Assembly: GCF_006345805.1 (NCBI RefSeq) | Contig: NC_043011.1 | Span: 42,048,464 to 42,112,463 of the forward strand | Reading direction: 5' to 3' | Source: Octopus sinensis | Taxonomy: Eukaryota | DNA length: 64,000 nt | Shown: in pieces, positions 13,901 through 28,813 of the stretch | Numbering within the stretch: the first letter of the stretch is position 1 | Layout of the letters: each line of letters begins with the position of its first letter | Notes under the pieces: model-generated | Databases searched by the model: none | The model's input: the letters and a program-made list of their open reading frames with translations, nothing else | What the model was told of the DNA's origin: nothing | Made by a program: the position numbers and the translations under genes

Positions 13901-16900
13901 ACTATTTTTCCCTCATTACAACACCTGTTTACTGAGGGAAGGTATTGTATTTGATCAGTTTGTTTTCACTACTTGATTAATCATCTTCTTTATTGCTTAT
14001 GTGGCCATCTGATAAGAAGTTTGCTTCCCAACCATATGGTTTCAGGTTCGGTCCCACTAGGTGGCACCTTGGGCAAGTATCTTCTACTATAGCTTCAGGT
14101 CAACCAAAGCCTTGTGATTGGATTTGGCAGATGGAAACTGAAAGAAGCCCATTGTGTATGTGTGTGTGTTATCTCTTTGCCTTGTTATGTGATAGCTGTA
14201 AAGGAGTGTCACTGTCATAGATATGATGTCTTCATTTATTTCCAATCTTTCATGAAAATATGTCTGACTATAGAGAAATATCACCTTACTTGGAAACAGG
14301 TGAAGGTGAGCAACAGGAAGAGCATCCAGCTGTAGAAAATAAAATCCATCTCAACAAATTCTGCCCAATCCATGCAAGCATGGAAAAATGGACATTAAAA
14401 TAAATCACTTATTGGCTTCCATCACTTCAATCCTCTTACCATCACCCATCTTTTCATATTACTACCTCTTCTATCACTCATTGTTGACAATATATATATA
14501 TCTCACTTTCTCTCTTACTTTGTCTTCTATTTCCCTTTTTCGTATCAGTCTGTGATGACCCGTCTAACCGATGCCAACATAGAAAGCAGATGTAAAATTA
14601 TATATATGTGATTGTGTATAACACACACACACACACATACACACACAGAAGGAGAGATCTTGGTTTTACTTAAGCAATTTCAAATGTTTGGCCTGTATCT
14701 GGATTAGAAAAGTCTTAGAGGATTAGATTATCATGGCAAGCTGTTTCTTAGCTGTGAAGAAGCAATAAAACCTTCTTTCTGACTGTCAAGCTGAAATATA
14801 GAGCTATATGCTTTGTGTAAGGGTACAGCAGCACTAGCAGTAAGGTTTCAATTCCTCACTATGTTACCAGGAGCTTAGAATCTCACAATTACTTTTTAAT
14901 TTCTTCTACAAAAGAATTATCCATGACAACTTACCAACCATTTGGTATTCATACTCATCATCTGTATGTACTAAATTTCTTCTTGTATCGGAATAGTCTA
15001 TAACCTCACAACCAGTTTCATTGTAAATGGCAAAGCCACCTGTAGAATGGAAATATGAAATTGTATAAGAAATAATGCAAAACCAGTAAGTGTAATGATT
15101 TTCAACTATATTCTTGGGATGTATTGCAATACCACAGCAAGTTAATAAAAGACATCATAAGATTTTCAACTGTTAACATTTGAAACTTAATCTCTGCTTC
15201 CTGAACCAGTTATCCTTATATAGACATAGAACTAATCATTGTTGTAAAATGTGCTTGTGTTAAATTTATGAGCAAATTATGATTCATATTTAAAGGTATT
15301 TAAACATCACTTATACACCATAAATATATACAGTACTGGACTAATTATTCAGCAAGCTTGGAACTAGCAGTGTCCCAGATTTCTGGATTTTTCAGTTTTC
15401 TAGAGAGAGCCTAAACATATATTTAAAATATAACTATGTGAAGCAATAAACTAAATTAAATTTCAGAGATTCAAATCGATACATTTCTAAAACACAGTCT
15501 TTTTGATATGTGTTAATCTATTAATTTTTTTTTAATATATCATGCTGTACCATGTATATCATGTATACAGTATGTTTATATGTGGGTGAGTCAAAAAGTA
15601 ATACCATTTAGTTTAGGACATCAAAATGAAGCTGGTCCTCTGTGGATCACATCCCTACTTCTCAAAATAGTCACCATTTCTCTCAATATCAATGTTCCAC
15701 CTTCGAATGAGAGCATGTATCCCTGCCCCATAAAATTCTGTTGACTGTTCTTTGATCCACTTCTTCATTACCTCCACACTCACCAGATTTAGGACCTTCA
15801 GACTATCATCTTTTTGGCACCACAAAAGAGGGTTTGAGAGGCAAACATTATTCCTGTGATGAAGTGAAAACTGTAGTGAAGAAGTGGCTCAAAGAACAGT
15901 CAACAGAATTTTACGGGGCAGAGATACATGCTCTCATTCGAAGGTGGAACATCGATATTGAGAGAAATGGTGACTATTTTGAGAAGTAGGGATGTGATCC
16001 ACAGAGGACCAGCTTCATTTTGATGTGTGATACATGTTCCTGTGTTGGTAATTATACCTGTCTAAACAAAATGGCATTACCTTTTGACTCAACCTTGTAA
16101 GATGAATGTTAAATGAAAGAACATGGTTTTAACAGATACAACAAGAAATTAATACAGCTACAAATTAATACACTTCTAAAGCAGAATATGATCAATTTTT
16201 CATCAATTTTTCTTAGCATGCCATATGCACACTTCTTTAACACACCGTATGCAGATTAACTAACTTCCAAAACAGGGTCTGTTTACTCAATACACAATAC
16301 AGCATATTGCACAATATTGCATAGTACTCCCAGACTTCTGGAAGCTGGAGCTATATTTCTTTCAGAAAGGTAAACTTAATATAATTCTGTTCTTAGATAA
16401 TTCTCAAAGACAGAAAGCTATTTATCCCAAAAGTAATCAAATTAAGAGGACGGTTTCAAAAGAAGAGGTTGAAGAAACATCAATGATGTAACCAGTTACA
16501 ACTAGATGGTTTGATTTGGAGGGTGAGTGTTAAAGTTCCTCTGCTTCTTATAAATATATTGTTTTCCCACCTCTCTCACTCAGTTATAAATTCATAAAAA
16601 AGAAGTCCACTTGGACCCAGAATAGACATCTATCAATAATAGCAATCTGTTATTTAGACACCAGGTTTATTGTTTAAGAAGAGGGTAATTGTTGATTGAT
16701 TAGATTCCAATATGTTATTGGTATTCATTTGATTGACTCTTCCCATCAGTGTGATTTGAACCCATAATGTAGAAGGTTGAAACCAAAGATAATGTTGTAT
16801 ATTTCCAGGTGACTCATGTAATTAGGTACCATGTGGTTTGACATTCTTTGAGTTTAAAAGGGATGAACTTTATAAGAGTGCCTTTTCCTGAGTACATGAA

Positions 16901-19491
16901 ATGCAGATGGACTTTACATTGATGTCTCTATGGCCAGTAAATTAACCCATTAGCATTTGAACTGCTCATATCAGGCCCAAATATTCTACCTGTTTTATAC
17001 TCAAAGTGGCCAGATCCAGCCTCTCTAAGTAAATATATTCTTTTATTTTTTACTTGTTTCAGTCATTTGACTGTGGCCTTGCTAGAGTACTGCCTTTAGT
17101 CGAACAAATTGATGCTAGGACTTATTCTTTGTAAGTCTAGTATTTATACTACCAGTCCCTTTTCCTGAACTTCTAAGTTATGTTGGACGTAAACATACCA
17201 ACGCCGGGTGTCAAATGATGGTGGGTAGACAAACACAGACACACAAATATATACACATATATATATTTTATCGGATGAATGTATGTTCATCCTATAATTG
17301 GAATTTTTTCCTTAGATTTCTCTTTTCTTCATACTTTGCTTCCAAATAAATAAAAAAAATTCGTATAAGTATGAAAACTTCTATAGAAATAATCAGTATA
17401 TGATGTAACTTATTAAACAAAGTTCAACAAATTCATTCATATTTATGAAATGAAAGAGATTGGATGTTAAAATGGATTAGTGTTTATTTTTCATATTCCT
17501 ATATAATTGTTTCATACGAATGGACCCAGAGATCCATAAATAGAACATCATAATACACACGACAAGCTTCTTTCAGTTTCTGTCCACCAAATCCACTCAA
17601 AGGGCTTTGGTCGGCCGAAGGCTATAGTAGAAGACACTTGCCCAAAGTGCCATGCAGTGGGGCTGAACTCAGAACCATGTGGTTGGGAAGAAAGCTTCTT
17701 ACTACACAGCCACTCCTGTGCCTATAGAGAATTTTTAGACAGATTTAATTAAACTTCTCTTGTGAGATGGAGATCTTGTTTGTGTCACAGTCAAGAATCA
17801 TTATCACTCTCTTGTGTAATCTATTTGGTCTGTATAGAACTTTCTCTGTCAGCATTACATGGGACGATTTGAAATATGTGTATTTGGAATCCTTTGAATA
17901 GTTTTTTTTGTTGTTGTTGTTTGCAGTTGAATGCACAGATAATCACTGAAGTGTGAAATAAAACTTTTTGTCAATTAAGCAAACTATCAGCCATTAAAAG
18001 TAAAAATATATCCACAGTTGTCTCTCTCATTTGCCAGAAAAATTTCCACATATTTTCTTCTCACTACTTTTATTTTATTTTCCTTCAGTTTTTTTTTTTA
18101 AATTCAAATCCTCAATTCCTTAAATATGCAATACATTCATTTAGCTGAAGAAAGCAGAGTTGTGTACCTTGCTTCTCACCTCTCCTGGAAAAGTACAGTG
18201 CAATAGCTAAAATATTAATTACTGCCTGATTTAACTTCGTAGACATTTTATTTTCTCTCTCTGCTTCTGTTTCTCTAAATAACCATCAACATACCTTCTC
18301 CACCCAAGTCCACTTCTCCAACTTAGCTCTCTTCTTGCCATCACTCTTATTATCTCACCTCACTTCCCCCATCACCCAGTCCTTTCATCCAAGATTTGTA
18401 ACTCTATAATGTTTTTTCCTAACCAATTCTCTTTCTTCTGGCACCAAACTGACTGATATGTTCAAACTGAACATTAACATCAACTTCACCAATTCAGGAA
18501 ACAGGACAGCAAATTTGATGACTTTTATTAAAAAGCAAAAAAACAAATGGGTTTGAACTTATGACCAGCTAGTGTTCAGTTGTCCAGCACCTTAACCACA
18601 CAGGCAGATGAGCTTGATGTGGGTGATGCTCAAAGTTGAGAAAAAAGGTGTAGGGAAGGAACTGGGGTGTTGGGGTCCAAATCCTTATGACTGTGCTAAG
18701 GGTAACCAAGGGGCAGGCAGAGTGCTGATGTTAAATGGGATATTGATCATTGCTTACCTTTGCCTTGATAAAGTCCTGGTGTTCCAAACAGTAATGTCTT
18801 GTTGTCCTAAAATATACAAAGATAAGCCAACTGTGGGTAGCAGTAATAATGCTATACACACACACACACACATTTTATTATTGTTAAAGATGTAAAAACA
18901 TCACAAAAATACCACAAAAATCTGCAACTCAGAGTCACACGTTCCTGTTTGTTGGGTTTTTTAGACTGGGTATGAACAAAATATGGAAGCACTCCGTCGG
19001 TTACGACGACGAGGGTTCCGGTTGATCCGATCAACGGAACAGCCTGCTCGTGAAATTAACGTGTAAGTGGTTGAGCACTCCACAGACACGTGTACCCTTA
19101 ACATAGTTCTCAGGGATATTCAGCGTGACACAGAGAGTGACAAGGCCGGCCCTTTCAAATACAGATACAACAGAAACAGGAAGTAAGAGTGAGAGAAAGT
19201 TGTGGTGAAAGAGTACAGCAGGGATCACCACCATCCCTGCTGGAGCCTCGTGGAGCTTTAGGTGTTTTCGCTCAATAAACACTCACAATGCCCGGTCTGG
19301 GAATCGAAACCACGATCCTATGACTGCGAGTCCACTGCCCTAACCACTGGGCCATTGCGCCTCCATGAACAAAATAAAGTTTGTATGTATAAAATATACA
19401 ATTTACATTGATGGATACACATTTGAAATTGGCTTCTTTTCATTGGTCCTTTCGACTAAAGGTTTTTTTTTCTAATCAGTGATGATAGATT

Positions 19492-19537
<46 letters not shown>

Positions 19538-22500
19538 ACAAGTCTTGTAAAATATGGCTACCCAGGCTTTCCTGGCTGAAACATTAATTTATTGTATTTC
19601 CCCATTTTTCAAGCTGAGAGCTAGACTGTTTGTTAATAGCTTTTTAAGCAGATGACGTTTGAACAAGTAATGCTCATAAGGAAGAAGACAAAAAGAAAAA
19701 CACAGGGGAGATAACCAACATTCCAATAAAGAAATGTCAAATAGACGTAATAGAGATGTCAATGAATTGCAGTGTGTCCAGTGGCCTATTTTTAAATTCC
19801 ACCATAATGAATTTAAGATGCGGACATGAAGAAAACTTTCATTCTTGGAATTTACAGCCAGAATACATATGTCATCATAGCTGGAACTAAAAAAATATCC
19901 ATGAAGAATCTTACCTTAGAATATTTCATTGATGTACCTAATTGAGCAACACCATAGTAGTAAACACCATTTCTTTTCTGATCTTCTCGGCACTCCAGCA
20001 TTCTTGTGACTTGACCAATTGGGTCGGACATCTCAAGACAAATACCTGTCATCCTTGGCAACCGTGATATTAGAATTTTATATCTATGGGCACATATCTG
20101 CAAAAAAGTTTCCATTTGTGTTTTTAAATTAGTATTATGGTAGCTAAAGATGGATCAATCAATCAATCAATCTGTATCTATCCATCTTCATGATGGTGAT
20201 CATCATTATATAAGTGTTGTAAAATATGAGCAAGTATAAAGCATGATGCAAGCATTATCTGATATAGAACTTAATACTTGGACAAGAGTAAGGTATGTTT
20301 ATTATATCAAAAAATGATAGTCTTCTTGAATTTCTCCTGACATTTGATTACAACGATGACTGCAATGAAAGAACCACGATTTTCTATTATCTTTCTTACC
20401 TTAAATAAATTCTATAGACTCCTTTATTGTCTAGGTGAAACTTTAGAGGACTGTCAATTTAAAAAACATTTTTTTTAGGCAGCAAGTTGGCAGAATTGTT
20501 AGCATGCTGGACAAAATGTTTAGTAGCATTTTGTCCATCTTTACATTCTGAGTTCAAATTCTGGCATGGTTGAATTTGTCTTTCATCCTTTCAGGAGTCG
20601 ATAAAATAAATACCAGTTAAACATTGGGGTCAATGTAATCAACCAGCCCCCACCTCTAATATTTCAGGCCTTGTGCCTATAGTAGAATTATTTTTATACA
20701 ATAAACATCTACATACATACACACACGACTTCAACAGAATGCCAGACTATTTTGCATGTACCATTCCCAGTTGATTTTGTGGTTATTCCAAACAGCTATG
20801 GGAGTGGAAATATGCAGAATTGTCTTCTCCAAAGGTACAATAATCTTTTCTACTCTAGTTACAAGGCCTGAAATTTTGGGAGAGGGGCCCAGTCGATTGG
20901 ATCAACCCCAGTGGGCAACTGGTACTTAATTCATCAACCCTGGAAGGATGAAAGGCAAAATCAACCTTGGCGGAATTTGAACTCAGAACGTAAAGACAGA
21001 TGAAATACCACGAAGCATTTCGCCCAGCGTGCTAACGTTTCTGCCAGCTCACTGCCTTTTCCAAAGGTACAATAATGCATTTACAATGGGTTTAACCAAA
21101 GATTTAAAAGTTGGTAGTCCAAGTTGCTATTTTAAAACTGCGCAGCTAAAATCAAACTCAAAACTTTGTGATCATGAGCCTAATCTCCTAACTACTTAGC
21201 CACATACCTTCATATATAATGTATAATGAGATGTCAAATGGTAATGATGAATGAAAATGTATAAGTCAGGAATTTTTGAAGAAGCCTGAACTGTGGTTTT
21301 GTCAATTACATCCTTTTACTCAGAGAAAACTCATGAACTGAAATCAAAGATTCTGTCATGTCACATATCCTATCTCTACTCTACATCTCATTATTCTATT
21401 ACTTGGTCTTAAGTATTTCAATCATTCCATCTGCCAAGTCTATACCTACACCATATACACACACCAGAGTTGTAACTCATTTAACCCTTTCATTACCATA
21501 TTTCTGTTGAGATGCTCTGTGTTTCTTTTAATTAATTTTAAATACAACAAAAAATTTAGTAAAATAACTTAGTTATCATTAAGCTAGTGTTAGGACTAAG
21601 GTTTGGTGGGAGATTTTAATTCAGAGCTTTTGAAAGCAAGACATTTGTACTACAGAATCAGAGGTGGTTTCAGCCAGGATGGTATTAAAAGGGTTAAAAG
21701 CATTTGTATTGGTGTTCCTTAATTGTAAGGTATGTGGTTGAATCCCCTCATCTTACTTCTTATATGCATACAAATCATACAGCCACTCTCGTCTTTAATC
21801 TTTTACCTGTCCAAAGCATTTTTATAAGTTTGCCCTACACATCCATGCTTGTTTTCAGACATTGTTGCAAAGCCTTGTTTCATGTTCAGAGTAACATAAA
21901 ACTTTCCCTTCATAAGTCCCAAGTTATTCTGGTAGTTAAAAAGAAAGATTTCAAATGTATGGATGCCAGGGAAATATGTCCTGTGTATCAGAATGGATAC
22001 GCAGGACAGGCAAATGGTTAACATCTAACCACAAACCTCACCAGTCTGACCCTTTTCTTGCAGAAACAATGAATGTGCACTACAACTAAAAAAAAAAAAA
22101 AGTAAATAAAAGGGGGCCATCAGGTGTACTGTTGGCAGATTTCAGGAAGCACGGAAGTTTTGAAAGATGTAGTGTCACGACAGCTAACAAATAATGCTAG
22201 TAGTTTATTCCATGCTTCAGCAATTTTGAGCATGAAAAAATGTTTCTGAAAGTCATGGGTGCTGTGTTGTTTTTTGATTTTATAAGCATGTTTGCAAGTG
22301 TTTGTCATATGGAATTCAAAAAAGTGCCCAAGGTTATTGTTGGAAAGGTGGTAGATAACCATGTTAGTGATTAAAAAAGTAAAATACATTTTAGTCTGAA
22401 TCAATAGAAAATGTGTAAAAATAAAAAATTATACTCTTACCATGACTTTATTTTTCTGTTCATTTGTATCCATTGTTCCACCAATCCAGGTGCCATTTGT

Positions 22501-23758
22501 AAGATAACTAGTACCATCCTTAGATTTAACTGTAATGAGAGATATAAGTATGTCAGAGTTTGAATCCCTCAAGCCAGCTAGGTGGGGCAAACTATTTGAA
22601 AAGTATCTTGGTGATTTCACACAATGAAGTACGAAGAGATATAAAGCATTAACCAGTAAGTTAGGTTAGCATATTTAATATAACTAACATCAAAAGCTCA
22701 ATTACGTACAAGTATTGTTAATTAAAAAAAACTTAGGCAATGAGTAAAAAATATCAGCTATTTAACAAATATTTGTTTCGACAAGATAAACTAATGCTAT
22801 GCATGTTTCAGTTTTATTAAACCTTTTCAGCAAATCTGAAATAAAATACAATAAATTAGGCTACGGTTGTCTTTTCCCCACCACATACTACTGTTTCTAA
22901 TTGGATTTTTGATGTTCACCATGTTAAATTTGTAAACAATAACTTAAGTAGTCTTTTCATGCAGATGGCATCTCCGAGCAATTGACTTCAGTGATTTAAA
23001 AAGGAAAAAACAACATTAACTTTTCTGTGGCTAGGCCAGCTGGAGCAGTTATCAATATAACTCCAGATTTTGTTGTTTTTAGTTAATCTCAGGTCAGTTT
23101 TAATTGAGAAAGCCTATGATCAAAAATATTCCAGCCATGACTATCCCATTTTTTTAAAGACATATTTTACTACATTTGTCTAATGTATCCTCTTATTTGA
23201 ATATAGCAATGTGTGATTTGAAGGATATTAAGCTGCTATGGAGGAGGTTAATTGAAAATCCACAAACCTTACACTTCTTTCAAGCTAATAGATTCTACTT
23301 TGACCTGCCATTCATGTATTTGTCTGGAAACAAATGAATCTTCTGAGTAAACATGTTATTGGATTATCATCTCCTTAGAAATCTTCAGTTCAAATACATG
23401 AAGATCTTTTCATTGTCTACTTCAGCAGTTACGAGGCTTTTAATTCTGTGCACCTTAGTTCACTGTTAGTTATAGCTTACCATTAGATTGTCTGAAAATG
23501 CTGAGAGATACATTGGCAAACCATCCAGGTGGTGGTGGTGGTGGAGAGTCATTTATTTAACTGTTTTAATACCAACCCACCTGAAATCACCCTTATTCTG
23601 TGATCCAACACTACACCTGATTTTCTCCCCTCCATACACATGCAAGCATGTATCTCACTCATACACTGTTCACTTTCCAGACATTTGTACATTACTGCAT
23701 ATGCTTTATGCACACTTTTGACAAGTTGTGGTGCACCTGAGCACTGTATACAATAATT

Positions 23759-23793
<35 letters not shown>

Positions 23794-26700
23794 ATAAACT
23801 GCTTGTTTTAAAGTAATCATCATCATCATCATGTTATAACGTCTGTCTTCCAGGCTGGTATGGGTTGGATGGTTTGACAGGAGCTGGTGAGCCAGAGGAC
23901 TGCACCAGGCTCCAGTTGTCTGCTTGGGCATGATTTCTACAGCTAGATGCCTTTCCTAATGCTAACCATTTTACATAGTGTACTGGGTGGCATCATCTTT
24001 CATAAAAATTTCATGTTAATTTTTGTTCCAAACACCAACTTAATATGGGCAAAATTATTTTCTTAGATTCTTCATTATTTTCAAAATTAATTGAAACAAA
24101 GCAGCATATGTATCTCAACAGAAATATGACAACAGATTGATGTTATAAACCTGGAGCTATGAATCAGCCATTGACAGCTTTTGGAGTTTGAAAAATATTT
24201 CTTTGACAAGTAACCTGAACTTTCTCAAGGCATCCTTTATTAATTTGAGACAGAATTCAAAGAATGCTAAGTCTCAAAATAAATGTCTTGTTTCAGAAGT
24301 ATTAAATGGAAATGAGTGAGAGACATATCTTACAGTGGATAAGTTGTCAGTATTTAATAAAGAACAGTCCCTAAATACCAGATTCCAATTCCCAACAACC
24401 AAGTCCATGGACACCTTTGGAATTAACCCTTTTGTTACCAGATTTCCATTGAAATATGCAATAGTAAAAGAAAATGTAGATAGGGGTATATAAATTTTGA
24501 TTTTTGGTTTTATATGTTGTGTGTAGAGGAAAGGACAGTGTCCATGAGTTTGCAGCTCTTGGAGACCAATGATTTTAATGCTGTTATGTTTTATTGAAAA
24601 TATTGCAAATAAAACTTGGACAAGAGCAAACCTCTGCCAAGGCAATACCAATGTCCTCTCAATGATTAGCCAGAGTTGATTTTTAAAATGAGAATATCTG
24701 AAATAAACTTGACTGCTCTCACAAATGAGAGTACTAAAAATTAGCCTGACTGCTCTCAAAAATTAATTAAAAAAACAGGAATAATAATCCAGAATCTTTG
24801 TCTGGTACCAGATCAATCCCAAAATCTAAATGATTCATGTCAGTCATGAGGCTAAACATCCCTGAAAGTTTCATCCAAATCCATCCAGCAGTTCTTGAGA
24901 TATTTTGTCCACGGACAAACAAACAAACACAACTGAAAACACTACCTCCACCTGGAGGTAACAAGGACAAGATTCTAGAGGGTGCTGATGTAGTGGAGTG
25001 AAAGAACTGGGCATAGTGAATTTGTGTGTATGATCCTGAGGGGTTAGGATGTACCAAGAATGAGAAGAGGAGGAAAGGCCATTGGGTCAAGGGTGCCTGT
25101 GTATTAAAGGTACAAGATCATCAAGCTCCAAGGAATAGAGACCAATGTAGCAGTCATAGAAAAGACAGAGGGAGAGACATCATGCCTGTGAAGCAGAGGC
25201 TAGAATGCGTCCCATTAGTTAGTCAGACATATTACTAAAGTAAGATTCTGCAGAGAGAAGGATCTTATACAAATATCACAGCACAAACTTAATTCACAGC
25301 GCATACATTGTCAATTAAAAATCTATTTCCCCAGGGGCCAGGAAAGGCTTCCAACCATATAACAGTTTTCCCTCAAGCACTTTTATTTGATCATGGTTGA
25401 TTTTGAACATTTAATTGAAGTTTATGAGTGTAATTAAGTTCATATTGCATTTGTCAACATGTGTCATTAGTTTAAAAGAAATTCATTCAGAAAGAAAGAT
25501 GCTTTAGAGTGGAAATAAATGGTGACATAAATATCAGTAGAGGTCAGATGTTTAGTATTGACATTGATGTATTTGTGGGGAGTGCAGTTATGGAGAGGCA
25601 GACAAACTGAAAATAGCTAATAAAAGAGTCTGTTTCAGGTTACAGTAATGTGTAAGTAGTGAGTGAATGAAAAACAGGAAGTGATAGAGAAGAGGAAGGA
25701 GAGGGAGAGTCAAGAATGAAAAGTGAGAAAAAGACAGTGTGTTAGCAGGTGACTTTTAAAAAGGGGATTAGATAGAGATAAAGAGGGAAAACAAGTGAGG
25801 TGGTTAATCAGAGAATGGTAACTAGAAAGATTGTGAGAAACAAGAGTAATGGACAGGTTGATAGTTATGCAAACGCCACAAATAGCTAATGATTGAAAGA
25901 TAGTGACGTGTGTGTGTGTGTGTGTGATCATTTTAACATCCACTTTTCCATGTTTGCATGGGTCAGACAGAATTTGTCAAGGCAGATTTTCTTTGGCCAG
26001 ACATGTTTTTGCAGAATATTGGATATGAATGACACTGCTTGTATGACAGTGACGTTCATTTACAACTATCATGTGACGTTAAGACAAGGAGACACAAACA
26101 TTTACAAACTCACAACACTCACACACACAACACAACACACACACTCACACACAACACTCTCTTACACACACGCACACTGCATTTCTTTTAGTTTCTATCT
26201 ACCAAATCTATTTACAAAGCTTTGGTTGACCTGGAACTATAAAAGACACTTGCCCATGGTACCACACAGTGAGACTGAACCCAGAGCCATGTAGTTTGGA
26301 AGCAAATTTCCTAACCACATGACACACCTGCACCAGTATACAGCATGAGTCTAAAGCAGCACCCAGTTTCTGGGAAGTGATGCCTTTCTTTGTTGTTGTT
26401 TTGCAGGTTATTATGGATGGTTTTGAAAGTTACTAAATCTGGATCATGTATCATGTTGTTAATACTCTTTAATATCCCAACCTGACCTCTTGCAATGAGA
26501 AGAATTGTATTGAAGGAGGGAAAGCTTTAATGAGTGCAGTAGCAAGTTGGAAGGCTGAAACAAAGTGTAATGAAATGTAATGAAGTCAAGAATATGCAAA
26601 CAGGAAAATAGTTTATGTAGCAGAGAAATGGATATGAATGGCCAATCCGGTGCTTTCAATCAACCAGTTGCAGGAAAGGGGGACAGACACACATGGCCAC

Positions 26701-28526
26701 CCTGCTGATATCGATAGGCTGTCCTGGAAATTCAGGTACGCAATTGTTCAAAATACTCTTTTTTTTTTCCTACTCCAGGCACAAGGCCCGAAATTTTGGG
26801 GGATGGGGCCAGTCGATTACATCGACTCCAGTACGCAACTGGTACTTAATTTATTGTCCCTGAAAGGATGAAAGGCAAAGTTGACCTTGGCAGGATTTGA
26901 ACTCAGAATGTCAAGATAGATGAAATACTGCTAAGCATTCCGCCTGACGTGCTAACGTTTCTACCAGCTCGCCTTGTTCCTCATACTCTTTTTCATTGTT
27001 TTGCAGGTTAGCGTTGATAGTTTTGAAAGTTATTTACATCAAGTTGATCCATGAATTCACTTTCAATAAATCAATGCAGCCGTACAACATTACAACAAAT
27101 GCAATGGAAACCACTCATTGCTGGTGTGTTTTTTGGCTGAGGAATTTGATATTGAGCCACTTCAATGAAAAACATACATTAAATTGTCAAGTAATTTGAA
27201 ACAACAGGACCAGTAGTCATTGTAGAAAAATCTGGTCATCCCAAAATGGCTACAATTGAAGCCAAGGCTGAAGACGTCATCAGGATACTGCAAGAGTCAA
27301 CTCACCATTTATCAACAGAGATAGGAGTCAGCCGGTCAAATGTTAAGCGTTTCCTTCACTAGAAAAATAGAAACCTTACATTCCACACTTACTGCTTGGC
27401 CTTCATGCTCGCCTTTACACAACATGCCCTACTGCATCCTTTACACTTCTGTTCTTGTCCATATGCATCTCATGACCATACCAGTGTATTCATCTCTCTT
27501 GCACACAACATCTGATGCCTCTTATGCTCAGTTAACATAAAGTTTGTATAAATATGCTTTGAAAAATCCTAAGTGCAAGCATGGCTGTGTAGTTTAAATC
27601 TGCTTTTCAAACAGGTGTTTCATTTTTTACTGAGTCCCACAACATGGTACCTTGGACAAGTGATTTCTACTGCAGCAGTGGGTTATAGCAAATAGATAGA
27701 AACTGTATGAAGCCCATCATGTGTGTATGTCAGTCATCATTTTACATCTGTTTTCTATTCCTGCAGTGGATGGACAATTTGATATGATTCCCTTAGTTAT
27801 TGGATCACATCTTGCTCCAGTGTCTCAGTTTTGGCTGGTTTCTGTGGATGGGCACCATTCCTAACATTAACCATATTGCAGAGTGTACTGAATGCATTTT
27901 GTGTAGCACCAGCACAGTAGAGGTCACCTTGCTATCAAGACTAAAGAGCCCTCTCATGGGATTACTTCATTCAGTTTATGCCTGCATGAAAGGTTAATAT
28001 TCTACATTTTGCATATAAGTGGTGATACATAATTCTTCCATAGAAGAAACTCAAAAGTAGTTGTGATGTTCCAAGCTCCTGGCAGCACAGCAAAGAGTTG
28101 AAACCTTACAGCTAATACCACTGACTTGTATACCTGGGCAAAGCATGTAACTCCATATTTCAGCTTGACTACTTGAAACAAGATTCAATGTATGTATTTG
28201 TTTGTGTATGTGTGCATGCATATGTTTGTCTGTGTGAAAAGTTTATATAGGCACAGGAGTAGTTGTATAGTAAGAAGCTTGCCTCCCAAACACATGGTTC
28301 CAGGCTCACTCCCACTGCATTGTACCTTAGGTAAGTGTCTTCTACTGTAGCCTTGGGCCAACCAAAGCTTTCTGAGTGGATTTGGTAGACAGAAACTGAA
28401 AGAAGCCCGTCGTATATATATACATACACACACACACACATCTTAATAAATAATGACTTTAAAACACCAATGATCCACTTCTCATTGTTAATTATTGCTT
28501 CGTTTCGTATTCTCTCTCTCTCTCTC

Positions 28527-28599
<73 letters not shown>

Positions 28600-28738
28600 T
28601 ATATATATATATATATATAATATATATATATATATAATATATATATATATATACATACACACACACACACATCTTAATAAATAATGACTTTAAAACACCA
28701 ATGATCCACTTCTCATTGTTAATTATTGCTTCGTTTCG

Positions 28739-28813
<75 letters not shown>

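Noticed and set aside
18608-18895. 95 aa plus-strand ORF
   Set aside because: Antisense shadow over the real integrin exon 18758-18806.
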